From NCBI GenBank assembly GCA_964035545.1, contig OZ037771.1, positions 1,313,628 through 1,377,627 on the forward strand: a DNA stretch of 64,000 bases, written 5' to 3'. Each line of letters opens with the position of its first letter. The stretch's first letter is position 1. The translations under genes and the position numbers were made by a program. Under the pieces are notes generated by a model. It was not told the origin of the DNA. It searched no databases and was given only the letters and a program-made list of their open reading frames with translations. Of this stretch, positions 1-12,458 are shown in pieces. The stretch comes from Bugula neritina (taxonomy: Eukaryota > Animalia > Bryozoa).

Positions 1-3000
1 TTTAGTTTGCAAACTTACTAACTTTACAAATTTGCATAACTTCACTGTGTATTGCCAACAGCAAATAATCAATAAATCCCTTATTTAATGAGTTAAAATG
101 CTCACTAGATAATCCCTTATTATTCAATTATCTTACAGTTATAATATGGAATTTGGTAAGTAAACAAATTATATGTCTCTAATATTAGCATATAATTCAT
201 TAGTTATAGTTCAGCCATTAGCCTACTAATAACTAATAACTAATAACAATTAGAAAAGGCTAGAATTGCTAGTTGTTGAAAAAAAATTCCCGTATTTTAT
301 TTTATTATTTTCTGATAAACTCAAATATTTTTGTCAAATGTCATCAACATAATCTAACTCATAAGGATTAAAAAATAAATTTTAGGCTGCCTTATTAGTC
401 CAAGCTGCCGTATTTAAGCAGCGAAATTTAAATCCAAAATATAAAGAAATAATTGTTATTTCTTAAATAGGTTGAAATAGTTTTACAGAAACAGCATGTT
501 CTAAATTAATTTCAAATACATAATCAAAATTTGTTATGATTTTGCAATAAAACATATCACCTCAGCAGTGAGTATTACTTATACTTCTAGTATAATCCAT
601 TAGCCAATAAAGAAAATCCACACCATCAATCAAAATGCAAATCTCTAGCCTATGACCAACATTAATAATTAACATAACAGAATAAATTACCACATATTTT
701 AAAATAAAATGATTCTAGAATAGTCATAGTAAATCTTTGCTCAGTAGCATAAAATATTCACAGAAACCAGCAATAATCTGATATCTGCTAGGCCATTAAA
801 GTTATAACCTCTATTAAGAATATAATTTTTCTCAAATAAACTAATGGTCACTCATCATTTAAAGCCTTTTTTCAAAGAAACACAATGTAAATTCTTGAAA
901 TTCAAATCACACAGATTTAGATTAGCCCATAATCTTTATGATTATATAATATAAATAACAATAAACAACTGACATGCATGTCTCACTTTGACTTTGGCTG
1001 TAAATGCTCATATTTTATAACTAAATATAATATTATCATACATTACAATTATAATATTGATTACAGAATATGATTAAATCATTAATATTATTATTGTGTC
1101 AATCAATAACTTTTTGAGCAAATGAAAAAATATCAAATACTAAATGTAACAGCAACTTGCTATATAATTCGCCTTAGTACTAACAGTAACTGTGCCTATA
1201 AAAGTATTCAGAGCAAACAACATCAGTATGACTATGAAATTGAGCATAACCAATACTATCACAGTATCAGTATTGTTATAATTTAAATTAATATTATGAT
1301 TATCGCCATCAGTGCCACGATCACTATGAGTATAAATATGATTATGACTCCCAGTATCACTATCAGTATCACTCAATACAAATATCAGTGCGAGCATGAT
1401 TATGAGACGTGAACATCATATTCGCTATCACTATCAGTACTCAGTAGCAATACCGATACGAATATCACTATCAAATAGTATTAATAAATTTAATAAGGCT
1501 TCCAGTTATAGTTATGAGCATGCTGGTGCACTGATCGTGGAGTGAATAAGTAAGGGTGTAACACTAACTGTAAGTGTAACACTAAGTCTAACGTCTAACA
1601 GTAATACTAATACTAACAGTTACTGTTAGTGTTACAGTAAAGGAATAAAAATGCCTAGTACTTTTATCTTTTAGTAAACTTCAATTTGTACTTGTAGTTA
1701 GTTTCTAACCTTTGGTTGTACCTTAGTTTTGTTTTTTCCTTATAAGTTGGTGTTATAGCTTATCCAGAAGCTACTTTAAATACTTTGACTTCGCGGTTTG
1801 CTGCCTTGCCCTTAGCAACGTCTCTATTAGTATTATTATTAATATTATGACTATCGAGCTTCATTCAATTTCAGGTATTACACAAGATAATTAACGACAG
1901 TAATTTGTAAGATTCTTTTTCTTCAAACTTATAGCATAGCCATGATTAGTGTTGATTAGTTATTATCAACCACGCTCCATCTGAGTTTTGATCTAAAACT
2001 CATGCTCATGTTCTTGTTGTGATGCTCATTTAAATCTTGAAGACAATGATTTAGCGGTGTCGTGCGAAAACTACCGCCAACATCATCATTCACTCTTCTT
2101 CCTTTTATTTTACTTGGTTCTTTAACCTACGTTCCGTCATGGCTTTTAGAGCTTTGGTTATATGCGAGTAATTGGCTAATTGCTGAAAGAAATTACTGAC
2201 TTCCAAACCTTCGAAAAATAATAATAAATTTACGATGCTACTTTTACAGTATTGTATAAACATACGTCAACTTCTACAACATTACTGTAATGAGAGGATT
2301 ACTCAGGTTTGCAATTAGTGGCCGAAAAGTGTCAACAGTGTATAGACTATAGAGCGATAGATGGATTACATTAGAATCATTTAAAGCAACTACCCTGGCC
2401 TGTGAGAAGCTAAAAAGTCACTGCTATCTATCTTGCCTTCTTGTTGTTCATAAGTTCACAAATTTCAAACGCAATTTCAAATGTTAAGGCTAAGATAAAT
2501 AGATAGCTGAAGTTTTTTAAAACATTTATTGTTGAATATCAGAATTTTATTTTCAACTAAAATTTGAATGTAAGACAGTGTAAAATACTCATAAAAATTG
2601 TACAGGTTGACTATACTTAGATCTTATATTAGTATTACTACAAATTCAATCAGGAATGTAAAATACGAGAGCATTCAGAAATATTTTTTCACGAATGAAT
2701 ATCAGCTCCACACTAATAACAGGGAAAAGTTGTTTGGTAGAAGGAATAAGTTTTAAAAAAAACTATAAAATAGGCTATTAAAAAGAGAGTTATCTTAAAT
2801 TTTTTTGATCAAGTAATGGTTCTTTAAAAATATTGTGTTTTGGAATGTACATGAAAATATTGGGTAAACTAGCTATTATAAAAGATTTATGATTCATGCT
2901 TTTAAAAGAAAAACTTGTGTTGAGTATTTATATTTAAAATTCAAAACCACTGGTAACACTAATATCTAAATTGGTAAATAAAGAAATGAAGTGACTTAGG

Positions 3001-3110
3001 ACGAGTGACTCATAATAAATTATTCAAAAGTGAGTGACTCAGAATAACTGACTCAGATTAAATGACTCAAGAGTTAAGTGACTAAAGGTGAGTGACTTTG
3101 AGTGAGTAAC

Positions 3111-6100
3111 TCAGAGTAAATCAGTGACCACTTCGTCCTCATCTGGCTCCTCTTTGATAAAGGTCAATGGAGAGCCATTCGGCGTTGTGCCCATTCTGCT
3201 AACTATGATTGGCTCAGTGATGGAGTCTCCAGACTCGCTAGAGCTAGTGTGATTGTCCAGGTATGAAGCAATATGATTGGGCCGGTTGATGAGAAGAGCA
3301 TTGCTATTGGCTAAAGAAGGACTTGGATTAGAATGGTCAGGAGAGGCAGTTCTCATAAGATTGGTATCTATTACATAAGGTGCATTGTGAACTGGATCAA
3401 CATATACTGGAAGGTGCGGATTGGCCGGATCAATGAAAGCCGGGCTATGATTGGCCGACGATACAGCTTCTAGATACTCATTATACTCTGCACAGCCAGC
3501 GTCATCCACAGGATATTCTGTGTCAGCGGGGAGAGCTTCGAGCTCATCCTGTAAGAGTAACGAGCTGAAGATATGCATTTCACTGAATTGTAGTTGACAC
3601 CAGAAGCAATAAGATATGGCAAGTGTTTCTATCAAACAATAATTAGAAAAACAGAATAAATTAAAGAAACGTATTTATCACTCATGGGAAGTAAAAAGGG
3701 TATAAATAAGTTTATCATCAAAAAAGCCTAAAGCTGTACGGTCAGACAGTTACCTCAGTATACAGTTTGCTGACATTAGTCTGTTCGACAGCAGTGTAGG
3801 CAACCGTCAGCGGAGTGGTGGAACCGATCTCTCGCATCTCCTCCTCAACCAGAGAGAGTTCTGTGTCAGACTTATGACTCGTCTCCTAGAAGAACAAGTA
3901 AAGTAGTCATGTCTATAAACTATACTGAAGACAAAATATTATAAAGCTAACTAATACTTATTTTCAAACAAAACTTATAAGAATTTTATTAAGAAGATCC
4001 AACAAAACTTGTTTGAACAAAATCAAAAGATCTTCTTCAACAATCAACTGAAACTATTTGCACCACAATGCATTCTGCTGTACAATTATGTTACTCAGAA
4101 TGATAAACAGCACATTTTATTCAAAAATTTACTTTGTTTTAGATAGTTGATTGCTGTTTTCACAATCGAAATTTCTACCTTGACCTTTATCACGACAGCA
4201 TACTTACGTGGCTAGTGGCACCGCCCATGTATAACTTTCCTCTATACACACAATACTTTTTGAGATAGAAGGTAGCAACGATAGCCACTATAACAACCAC
4301 GATGATGCACACAATCACTATAGCAACTATAATGCCAGTATTTTTCAGTGGTCCGAGACTAGCTGGCTCAGAGGGTTGAGGTCCAACGAGATGACACTCT
4401 TGTGTGAGAGACCTGAAAGAAACAGTTACATGCTTACAGTATAAACAAGTCTGATATGCCTGCAAGTAGTTGAGTGAAGACTTTATTCATCACCATCCTA
4501 AGACTACCTGACAAAATGAGCGGATGACTCTAAATAGGGAATCTTTCCACAAGTCAGTGACTAATAGTTATTATTACTCTAATTAAACTAAAATAGCCTG
4601 TGACCCCAGCATATTATGAGCCTTAGTATGTAGAAACTGAGGCTAAGAATAATTTTTCTACACTGATTACTAAAACATCATAACAACATCAACACCTTTC
4701 AAGACTTGATGTAAGAACTTTAGCAGGTAATGATGCTGTAAGTGATTCTGTATCTAGTCTAGCATTCAAGTGGGCAGATAAGCCAGATCACACCATGATC
4801 TCTCCTACAGTCTCATCACTCTGCGTGTCAGTAGAGAAGAAGAGGAGGTAACAAGTAGCGTAACACATGGCGTGTAGCACATGCTAGACCTACCAAGTAG
4901 CCGACATCTGACACTTGAGACAAACTCAAACACCTGTTACTAGATGAAGGAGCATCTGATTGCGTATATAAAAAGAAGAGAAAACTGGAGAAACGCAGAA
5001 GACTGATCATAGTGAATGACTATGCAGTGCATACTGAAGAGGTTAGCTTGGCTGGCCTTAGGCTGGAGTCTGGTGCTGGCAAATACTAGAATACAAGAAG
5101 ACCAACCGAGTGAAACAGACTCTACACAGCTGCAGCAACTCGGACAAGAAGGGGCAAGATTTATGACTAAGGAAAATACTGAAGATTTAACACCAAATGA
5201 AACCGAGCAGAACATTAAAGAAGATATAAAGACTGACAGTGAAGACACCCAAGAAAAGCAGTCTAGCTCAGGGCAAGAGCAAGATAAGAAAAGGAAAGAG
5301 GCTTCAGCTGAAACTGCCAACAAAGTGAGTTCAACACATAACATTGAGGCGAGTCCAAAGAGCTCTGATGGAACAGCCACAACTGGAACAAAGCAGCAGA
5401 AAGCCTACCCACAGGGTGAAGTACATAAAACACTACCTAATAAAGAGACCCCAACTGAAGATCAGAAAATTAAAGTAGAAAATGAAGAGATGCCTGATGA
5501 GAATACCCAAGCTAGAATGGAGAAACAGAAGATGTACCAACAGCATGAAGCTGATGGGAAAACCTCAAAGGAAGAAGCAAAAAAAGCAAAAGCCAAGTCT
5601 GGAAAGAAAGGCAAGGCAAAATTGATGGATCGCATCAAAATGAACAACGAAACAGAAAACACCAACACTACCAGAGTGAAGGGCAAGAAATGGAAGAAAA
5701 ATAAACAAGAAACAAAGCTGACAGACAGTGAGGGAAATCCACTCACTACAGACGACAAGACAACTCTGAAAGACAAACCGAAGAAAAAAAATAAAAAGAA
5801 CAAAAATGCAGAAAGTGGAACGAAAGGCAAGTCCAAAAAGGAGAAAGGTAAAGGCAAGAAGAAGAGAAAAGATAAGTCTAAAAAGAAAGATGAGCAGCCG
5901 ACGAGTGTCACGGCATCAGTGAGTGAGATGACAACAAGTTCCTCGGCAGCCTAGACACAACTTCCTGTATTGAATGTCTCGATGGAAAATATGCTTTTAC
6001 TCAATAGACACTCTTGTAGAGACTCCATTATTAACAATTGCGTAATATTCAACTCTGATAGCAATTTCAAAATAGATAAATGATTTTTATTTCAATTAGT

Positions 6101-9100
6101 TTTTTTTTGTTTAGTGTAGAGCAAACATACCCAAATGTGGTGTTCACAATACACTTGTAATGCCCATAATCTTCGTATCTAATATTTTTGATGGTGAGGG
6201 TGGTGTTGAGCAGTGACCCGTTATACTGCTGAGTGGTAGCAAGTCTAGCTTTGTAGTCAGTAGAGACATCATCTTTTAGCCATTGGACCATGTGCGGCAG
6301 TGTATATGTGTTTACGAGACACGTCAAAGTCACGTCCTCACCAATCTCAAATGCTCTGTAGGCTACACAAAATATAATTTAGAGTAACACATGAACAGTC
6401 AGTAAAAATGTTACAAGTGAACTTCCTGCGGCAGCAATGTCAGCATTGTAGCACTGCAAGACAGCGTATGTGCAACCCAAGCTCTAGTTAGTAGCATTAG
6501 TGTCACACACCTCATATATCTTGCACTCACTTTTAACTTTATCTGGCAGTAAAATGAAAGTCGAACAAATTTAAAGAAGTTGTCTGCTCTTTCCATGAGA
6601 AGACAACTTCCAAAGGTGAAGTTCTGAAATCTAACTCAAACCTCTAAACATTAGATTTGATGACATGTGCAGTTATTTGAACAATAAGCAAACACTTTTG
6701 TAATATGAATTTGAAGTTATCCACTTTATAAAGAGCTATAAATTCTATATAAACTTATTAGTCTTAAGCAAATCTAAAAAGGGAGTGAGAGCAGGCAATA
6801 TAACACACAGATACGAATTCATCAGGCTACACTTTATACAAACAAATGTGTTGGATTATACAGCCATCCATTTGCATGGGACACAACCTGAAATACATAC
6901 TCACATCATACTGAGGTGAATTGTACATTTATTAGTAGACTATACCGAGAGTAGGCTGAACAGAAGGGGGTGGATGGAAGAGTTGAGGGGGACAGCCGAA
7001 CTTGTCAGCTGACACCTCAAACCACGAGCGATGTTTGACTGGATGCGGATCTTCACACAGCGGCAGCAGTGAGTAGCCTTTGAAGAACCAGGAGGCTGGA
7101 GTCGTTGCTATCTCCTTCCTTAACCACCTGCAGCACACGCCTTAGCATTATATGCAGGGGAGATAATACCTGAACATTATATGCTGCTGTATTACTAGTG
7201 TATTACCACTGCCTTACTACTGTATTACTATTGTATTACTACTGTATTACTGTATTACTATTGTATTACTACTGTATTACTGTATTACTATTATACTATT
7301 AATCTCTCACTTGAGTTGACAATCACAGTTCCAGAAGTTATCGTATAGTCTGATTTCCAAAAGATAGTCTGAGAATAAATCCTCTCTAAGGTCAAGGCTG
7401 AGTGTGACCAGCAGATTGTTAGAAAAATCGAGTTTCTTTAGATGCGTGCCTGTATAAGTCAGAGTATGAGATGTGAAGACCACAGGCTAAGCAACTACAG
7501 CTCTGGGCATATAGTGATTCCCTTTACCGTGTCAAGTGTGGAGTTGTCTTATCTGCCACTTGGGTTCAACTCAGAGCAATATTATCGACAGCTTTAAGCA
7601 AAAGCAACTGAGATTCAAATGTAAATATTTTTCTGTATTCAATAACTTAACTGAGTAATAAATAACCTCCATTCCTCAGCTCTTACTAGCAATTTCCTAT
7701 ACTAACTGGTCAATGAGAGAGTAGCCCAGTTTTTGGACTTAGATAAAAATTTGCTCAGCTTTGTTGAAAGAATAAATGCTGCTCAAGTTCAAGGATATAG
7801 AGACAAATATTTTCCAGCCTGTATAATTATGTAATACCATGATTATCAATTACTACTAATATCATTGTTGCTATAATAAGATTACCAAGAGATCTGAAGG
7901 CATGGCCAGAGATGGTGTGGATATTGCAGCTGGACAGAGTCAGTTCCTGCAGCTTCACCAAGTTGACTAGAAAATCTGGGAACAAAGAGAATACACAACC
8001 TGATGACCTCTGACCAATCAGCAGAGTGATACATTGATGTCTTGTAGTCATGTAAGATGAAACAATATGAATAAAACAAAGGAGGAATATGTATATAAGG
8101 AGGTTACTGTAATAAAGCACATCACAATAATATCATTAAACATATTCCTGCAAAACAATTGGATAATGTTTGACTGTCACATTTAGTATTTAATCAATTT
8201 TTTTCAGCTTTGATTGTTCAGAACTTTAGAGTCTAGCACAATTGGCTATATATCATCTCACTAAATAAATGTAGTCTAAAGCGTAAGATTCATTGAAGCT
8301 GATAGTAAACAGAAAATAGTGATAATTTCACCCCTTTACATGTGATGAATACTGCAGAGAGCCAATGTGGTTTATTTATTGCAGAGAAGTGGAAAAGAGA
8401 CAGACAGCAAACTTACAGCTGACTAGTTTAGATGCTGCCTGCTACATACTATACCAACAAGGGAGATAACACCAAACTACTGGGTACGTGATAAAATGAA
8501 CTATTAAAGGAATGAGGGTTCATAAGCTGGACAAAAACATTGAAATGTTTTTGATTTGTATTAGCAAAGATAAAGGCAGTAAGTAAACACATTGTGAGAG
8601 CAGTTAGTGAGGATAAAAACTACTGAAGCCATCAAACAATAAGATATAATAAGCAATTACTACAGATAATTACCACATTCCTGAGTGCTATTTACAAGAA
8701 TAACTTAACTGGAGACTTGAAATAAAAGAAGCCTAAATGACTGCATTAGTTTCTTTAAGTGCAGAGCTAGTAGGTTGGGGGTATGGTGACCACCCCAACC
8801 CACAAGGCAAAACCTAGGTTCCAACAATTTCTACTTGAGGTTGGAGTGAGTGAAAAGGGTGCTTGCACTTGAAGACATAGTGACAGCAGGTTGAGAACAA
8901 AAGACTGCCTTTTCAAGACTCACTGGCCTTGGAGGAATTAATTGCTATTTAATAGAGATACCTTGTTTACATTAACACCAGCATACTGTGTGGAGTATTA
9001 TGTAACTTATCTTACTGCAATAGTATCCCAGTTCAAACTTCAACCATCACTGACTACTGAGGGATACTCACACTGAATGACTAATATAACTAATACTCAC

Positions 9101-10479
9101 ACTGAATGACTACTGAGTGACACTCACACCGAATGACTAATATAACTAATACTCACACTGAGTGACTACTGAGTGACACTCACACCGAATGACTAATATA
9201 ACTGATACTTACACTGAGTGACTGATATAACTAATACTCACACTAAGTGACTACTGAGTGACTAAGAGAAGTGATACTCATATGAATATTGTAGTAAAGG
9301 TGAGATAACTCCTCACACACCTGCTGGCACATGATTGATTTGATTTCCATCTAGCTTCAGAGTTCTCATTTGAGAGTTCCTTATAAGAGGGGGCGTAACT
9401 CTGCGTATCCTGTAATCACCAACAGTAGGTTAATACTGCAAGTATCTGTATCTGCATGTCATGGCATAGCCACTGTACACCTACTTAGATGCAGTCATGG
9501 GGTGGTTGTTGCTATTAGATGACATATAATAAATAATACAGGAGCAGTGCACCACCTTCGCTATGCAAGTGTTGTGTGACAATGTCTGTTGGCACCTAAT
9601 CATCAGCTTCAGGCATCTTGTAGAAATTATTATAATAAAAACTACATAAAAACCTTCTGTTATACTGAAAATAGTTTGAAATGGCTACAGGTAGGTTCCA
9701 TCCACTCACAACATGGAACAGGTACTCAAAACAACATTTCCAGGAACTAAACCCAAACCCCAGGAGAAAGGTATTAGTACCTGTTCCGCTGTAAATCCAG
9801 GGTGATGAGGGTTCTGATTTTAGTAAAGACGTCAGGTGAGAAAGACTGGCCGGAGAGATAGTTGTGTGAGACATTCAGGACCTGAAGATATCAATGTGTG
9901 ACACATTTTAGTCGCACAGTCAGATAAGTGTACAAAATGTCTAGTTTTCACATATCTAATCAAAAATCATGCTTGAGAACAATTTTAGAAGTTTTAGATG
10001 TTAACAACTCATGCATTTTTCTTTAAATCACAGGTTCTGTCTGTTGAAAGACTGAGCATGGACAAAGTGTCTACCTTTACATCAAAAGTAAGTTACCTAC
10101 AGTAAGTTAAGACAGAGTGTCTACCTTTTCATCATAAGTAAGTTAAATACAGTAACTTAAGACAGAGTATTTACCTGTACATCATAAGTAAGTTACCTAT
10201 AGTAAGTTAACACAGAGTATCTACCTGTACATCATAAGTAAGTTAAGACAGAGTATCTACCTTTAGGTTGAAGAACCTGCTGAGCATTCCTCCATAGGAC
10301 AGGTTAGTGAGACGGTTGCTAGCGAACTGTATGTCAGTTGTAAGGTCAAGGACATCCGCTGGTATCGACTTTAACGTTTCCCGATTACACATAGCTATGA
10401 CATCACTTCCTTCTTGCGTAGAAGTACATGAATATGAATACTCTACACATAAAGCTAGGATTATCGTGAGGAACCGCAT
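3111..10479 (-). CDS. LRR + Ig-domain single-pass transmembrane protein (LRRN/LRIT/Kekkon-like architecture), multi-exon
   Basis: Signal peptide and LRRNT (MRFLTIILALCVEYSYSC..., exon 10261-10479). LRR exons at ~9781-9881, ~9321-9409, ~7886-7975 and ~7311-7450, ending LYDNFWNCDCQLK. LRRCT remainder at ~6950-7127; Ig domain (VTLTC...W...DYGHYKC) at ~6131-6355; TM helix exon at ~4208-4412; cytoplasmic exons at ~3774-3886 and 3111-3549. The junctions I checked are GT-AG and in phase; the LRRCT-to-Ig junction was not resolved. Confidence 0.88.
5016..5954 (+). CDS. Single-exon secreted low-complexity protein (acidic/Gln-rich N-half, Lys-rich C-half), nested antisense in an intron of the LRR-Ig gene
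   Basis: 312-aa open frame with a signal-peptide-like start (MQCILKRLAWLALGWSLVLA). TATATAAA at 4965-4972. Lies wholly inside the host intron ~4413-6130. Confidence 0.7.
   Translation: MTMQCILKRLAWLALGWSLVLANTRIQEDQPSETDSTQLQQLGQEGARFMTKENTEDLTPNETEQNIKEDIKTDSEDTQEKQSSSGQEQDKKRKEASAETANKVSSTHNIEASPKSSDGTATTGTKQQKAYPQGEVHKTLPNKETPTEDQKIKVENEEMPDENTQARMEKQKMYQQHEADGKTSKEEAKKAKAKSGKKGKAKLMDRIKMNNETENTNTTRVKGKKWKKNKQETKLTDSEGNPLTTDDKTTLKDKPKKKNKKNKNAESGTKGKSKKEKGKGKKKRKDKSKKKDEQPTSVTASVSEMTTSSSAA
9052..9263. repeat. Intronic minisatellite (ACTCACACTGAGTGACT-type units)
   Basis: Visible degenerate tandem copies in an LRR-Ig intron. Confidence 0.8.
10066..10261. repeat. Intronic tandem repeat duplicating the exon-1 donor
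   Basis: Repeated AGTATCTACCTGTACATCATAAGTAAGTTA units abutting the donor at 10260. Confidence 0.8.
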
Positions 10480-12458
10480 TTCTTCTCATCATAGGTAAAG
10501 CTGTGAAACAGAACATGAAACAACATTATTTTTAATTTAAATGAGAATAAAAGAACTCAGATGGGTTTATAATAGCCATCCCTGTGAGAACCCCTGAAGG
10601 AAAGGCTTTTTAAGGGACTAAGGGCTTTTTAATCCAATTATTGAAACACATTACAAATACACTTATTTCTTATAAAGAAGCATTTATGTTTTACCCAAAA
10701 ATAAAACCGTGTAAGTTACAAACATGTTATAATTAATATATACAACATTAAAAACTATAAGTATAAGGTATAGTAAAGAGTAATACTAATAGTTATTAGT
10801 TTAGTTGCAACAGCCAGCACACAATAAATTTAGCAGCAAGTGCATCACTGATTTATATTTATAACTTTAACTTACAAATATTATAATTTATATAAGCTAA
10901 TCAAGTTATAAGTTGAAGTTAATACTAATACTAATAAACAATACCTAAAGTTACATCTCAAAGTTAGTCTCATACTCATAGTGATAGTGTCAGTTATACT
11001 GGTAATTATCATTATCTTAAATTATAGGTTATCAATATTATAGTTATACTAACACTAACAATAATACTAATAGTAACACTACAAGTACAATAGTAATAAT
11101 TAAGTGTAAGTCACTAAGTTAATGTTACACTTTCACTTTGACTTACAGTTACAGAACTTTGCAATTACTCTTACTATTAGTATTAGCCTTGTACTTACAG
11201 CTACTTGGTTACTTACAGTTAAATCAATATGATAACTTATAACTAAAACTAAAAGCAAATCAAAAGTCAAAATGAGTGAAAATGACAAGCCAAAACTACA
11301 AGTACAAGGCCATAGTACTTAGTGAGTTAGTAGTAGCATGGCCAAAAATCAAATTGCAAGAACATGATTATGATATTGATTATCAATAACTTTAACTTCA
11401 AGATTAAATAGAAATGTAAATTAAAATTGAAGATCAAGATGCTGGATGAGGATGAAAAACAGGTTTTTAGTCTTTCAACTTTCACTAAGTTAAAGCGGGT
11501 GAAAGCCAAAGGTGAAGCTCAAAGTCAATTTTAAAGTCTATCTCCTGCACCAAATTGAAGTAGGTTTTTGTCTCAATACTAAGTTATTAGACCACTGCGA
11601 GAAATGAATAAGAATTAGAATAGTAGATATTCCATTCCAATGACCACGATTATCTACTCTGCTACGCGTTGCTGAGTGTGACTATCCCTATCACTTATCA
11701 ATATCAATATAAAGAACATAATCAATTTTGTCAAGCTTCGTCGCCATTGGTTCATGCTTACAGAAAGCAATAAAAACGAGTCAAGATAATGGTTGGCGCT
11801 TCGATCAGCGTAGTATAAGTTTTCAAAACCTAATTTTTATTACATTGTATCCCTGACTACAAAAAGGTCAAGGCCAAATATTATTACAATTTATCATGTA
11901 TTCATGTTGATGTACTCAACTATGAACTGGATATTATTTTTAGTTCGGTAGTATTGCTGTTAGTATTATACTTATACTCAGACAATATTCGTTTTTATAT
12001 CACTATAAGTTATAGTGATATAGAAACGAATATTGTCAATTTACAGTCTAAACTGACTTACTCACAGGTATGTGCATAGCACATTTATTAAGATGATTAT
12101 CTTAGAGTTAGTATTACATTTACTATTACTATTAGTATTAATTATTATTGAACATTTTAATCTTAATCTAATCATAATCATAATGATTAATATTAATATT
12201 ATCATTATGATTATATTTATGGTAAACTTAAAAGTTAATATGATTAGTTCACAATAAGATTTTCATAACAATAATTTAAATTGTATTTTTACAAATATTG
12301 AATTACATTTCTTTTTAATTTTTATTTTATACAAATTTCAACTTCAGGTTGATAATCTTTGTAGCTAGCTTCAGCTTGCTTTGTGACTATCTCAATTGAT
12401 GAATTTTTAACTGATCAATTATTAATATTATTATTAATATTATTGTGTAGAAGTTGTG

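Noticed and set aside
1140-1397. ORFs in promoter-flank regions (also 11327, 12072, 45702, 45816, 47374, 47830, 54336)
   Set aside because: Ile/Leu/Asn-biased translations of hexamer-periodic non-coding tracts, with no domain or splice support.
4753-4805. Possible alternative terminal exon of the LRR-Ig gene (FG/RDHGVIWLICPLEC*) giving a secreted isoform
   Set aside because: Phase-compatible AG but a weak pyrimidine tract and no other support. The downstream TM exon explains the gene.
4940-5911. Minus-strand ORFs 4940-5380 and 5462-5911 (Phe/Leu/Ser-rich)
   Set aside because: Antisense shadows of the Lys/Glu-rich plus-strand ORF. The host gene splices over them in frame.
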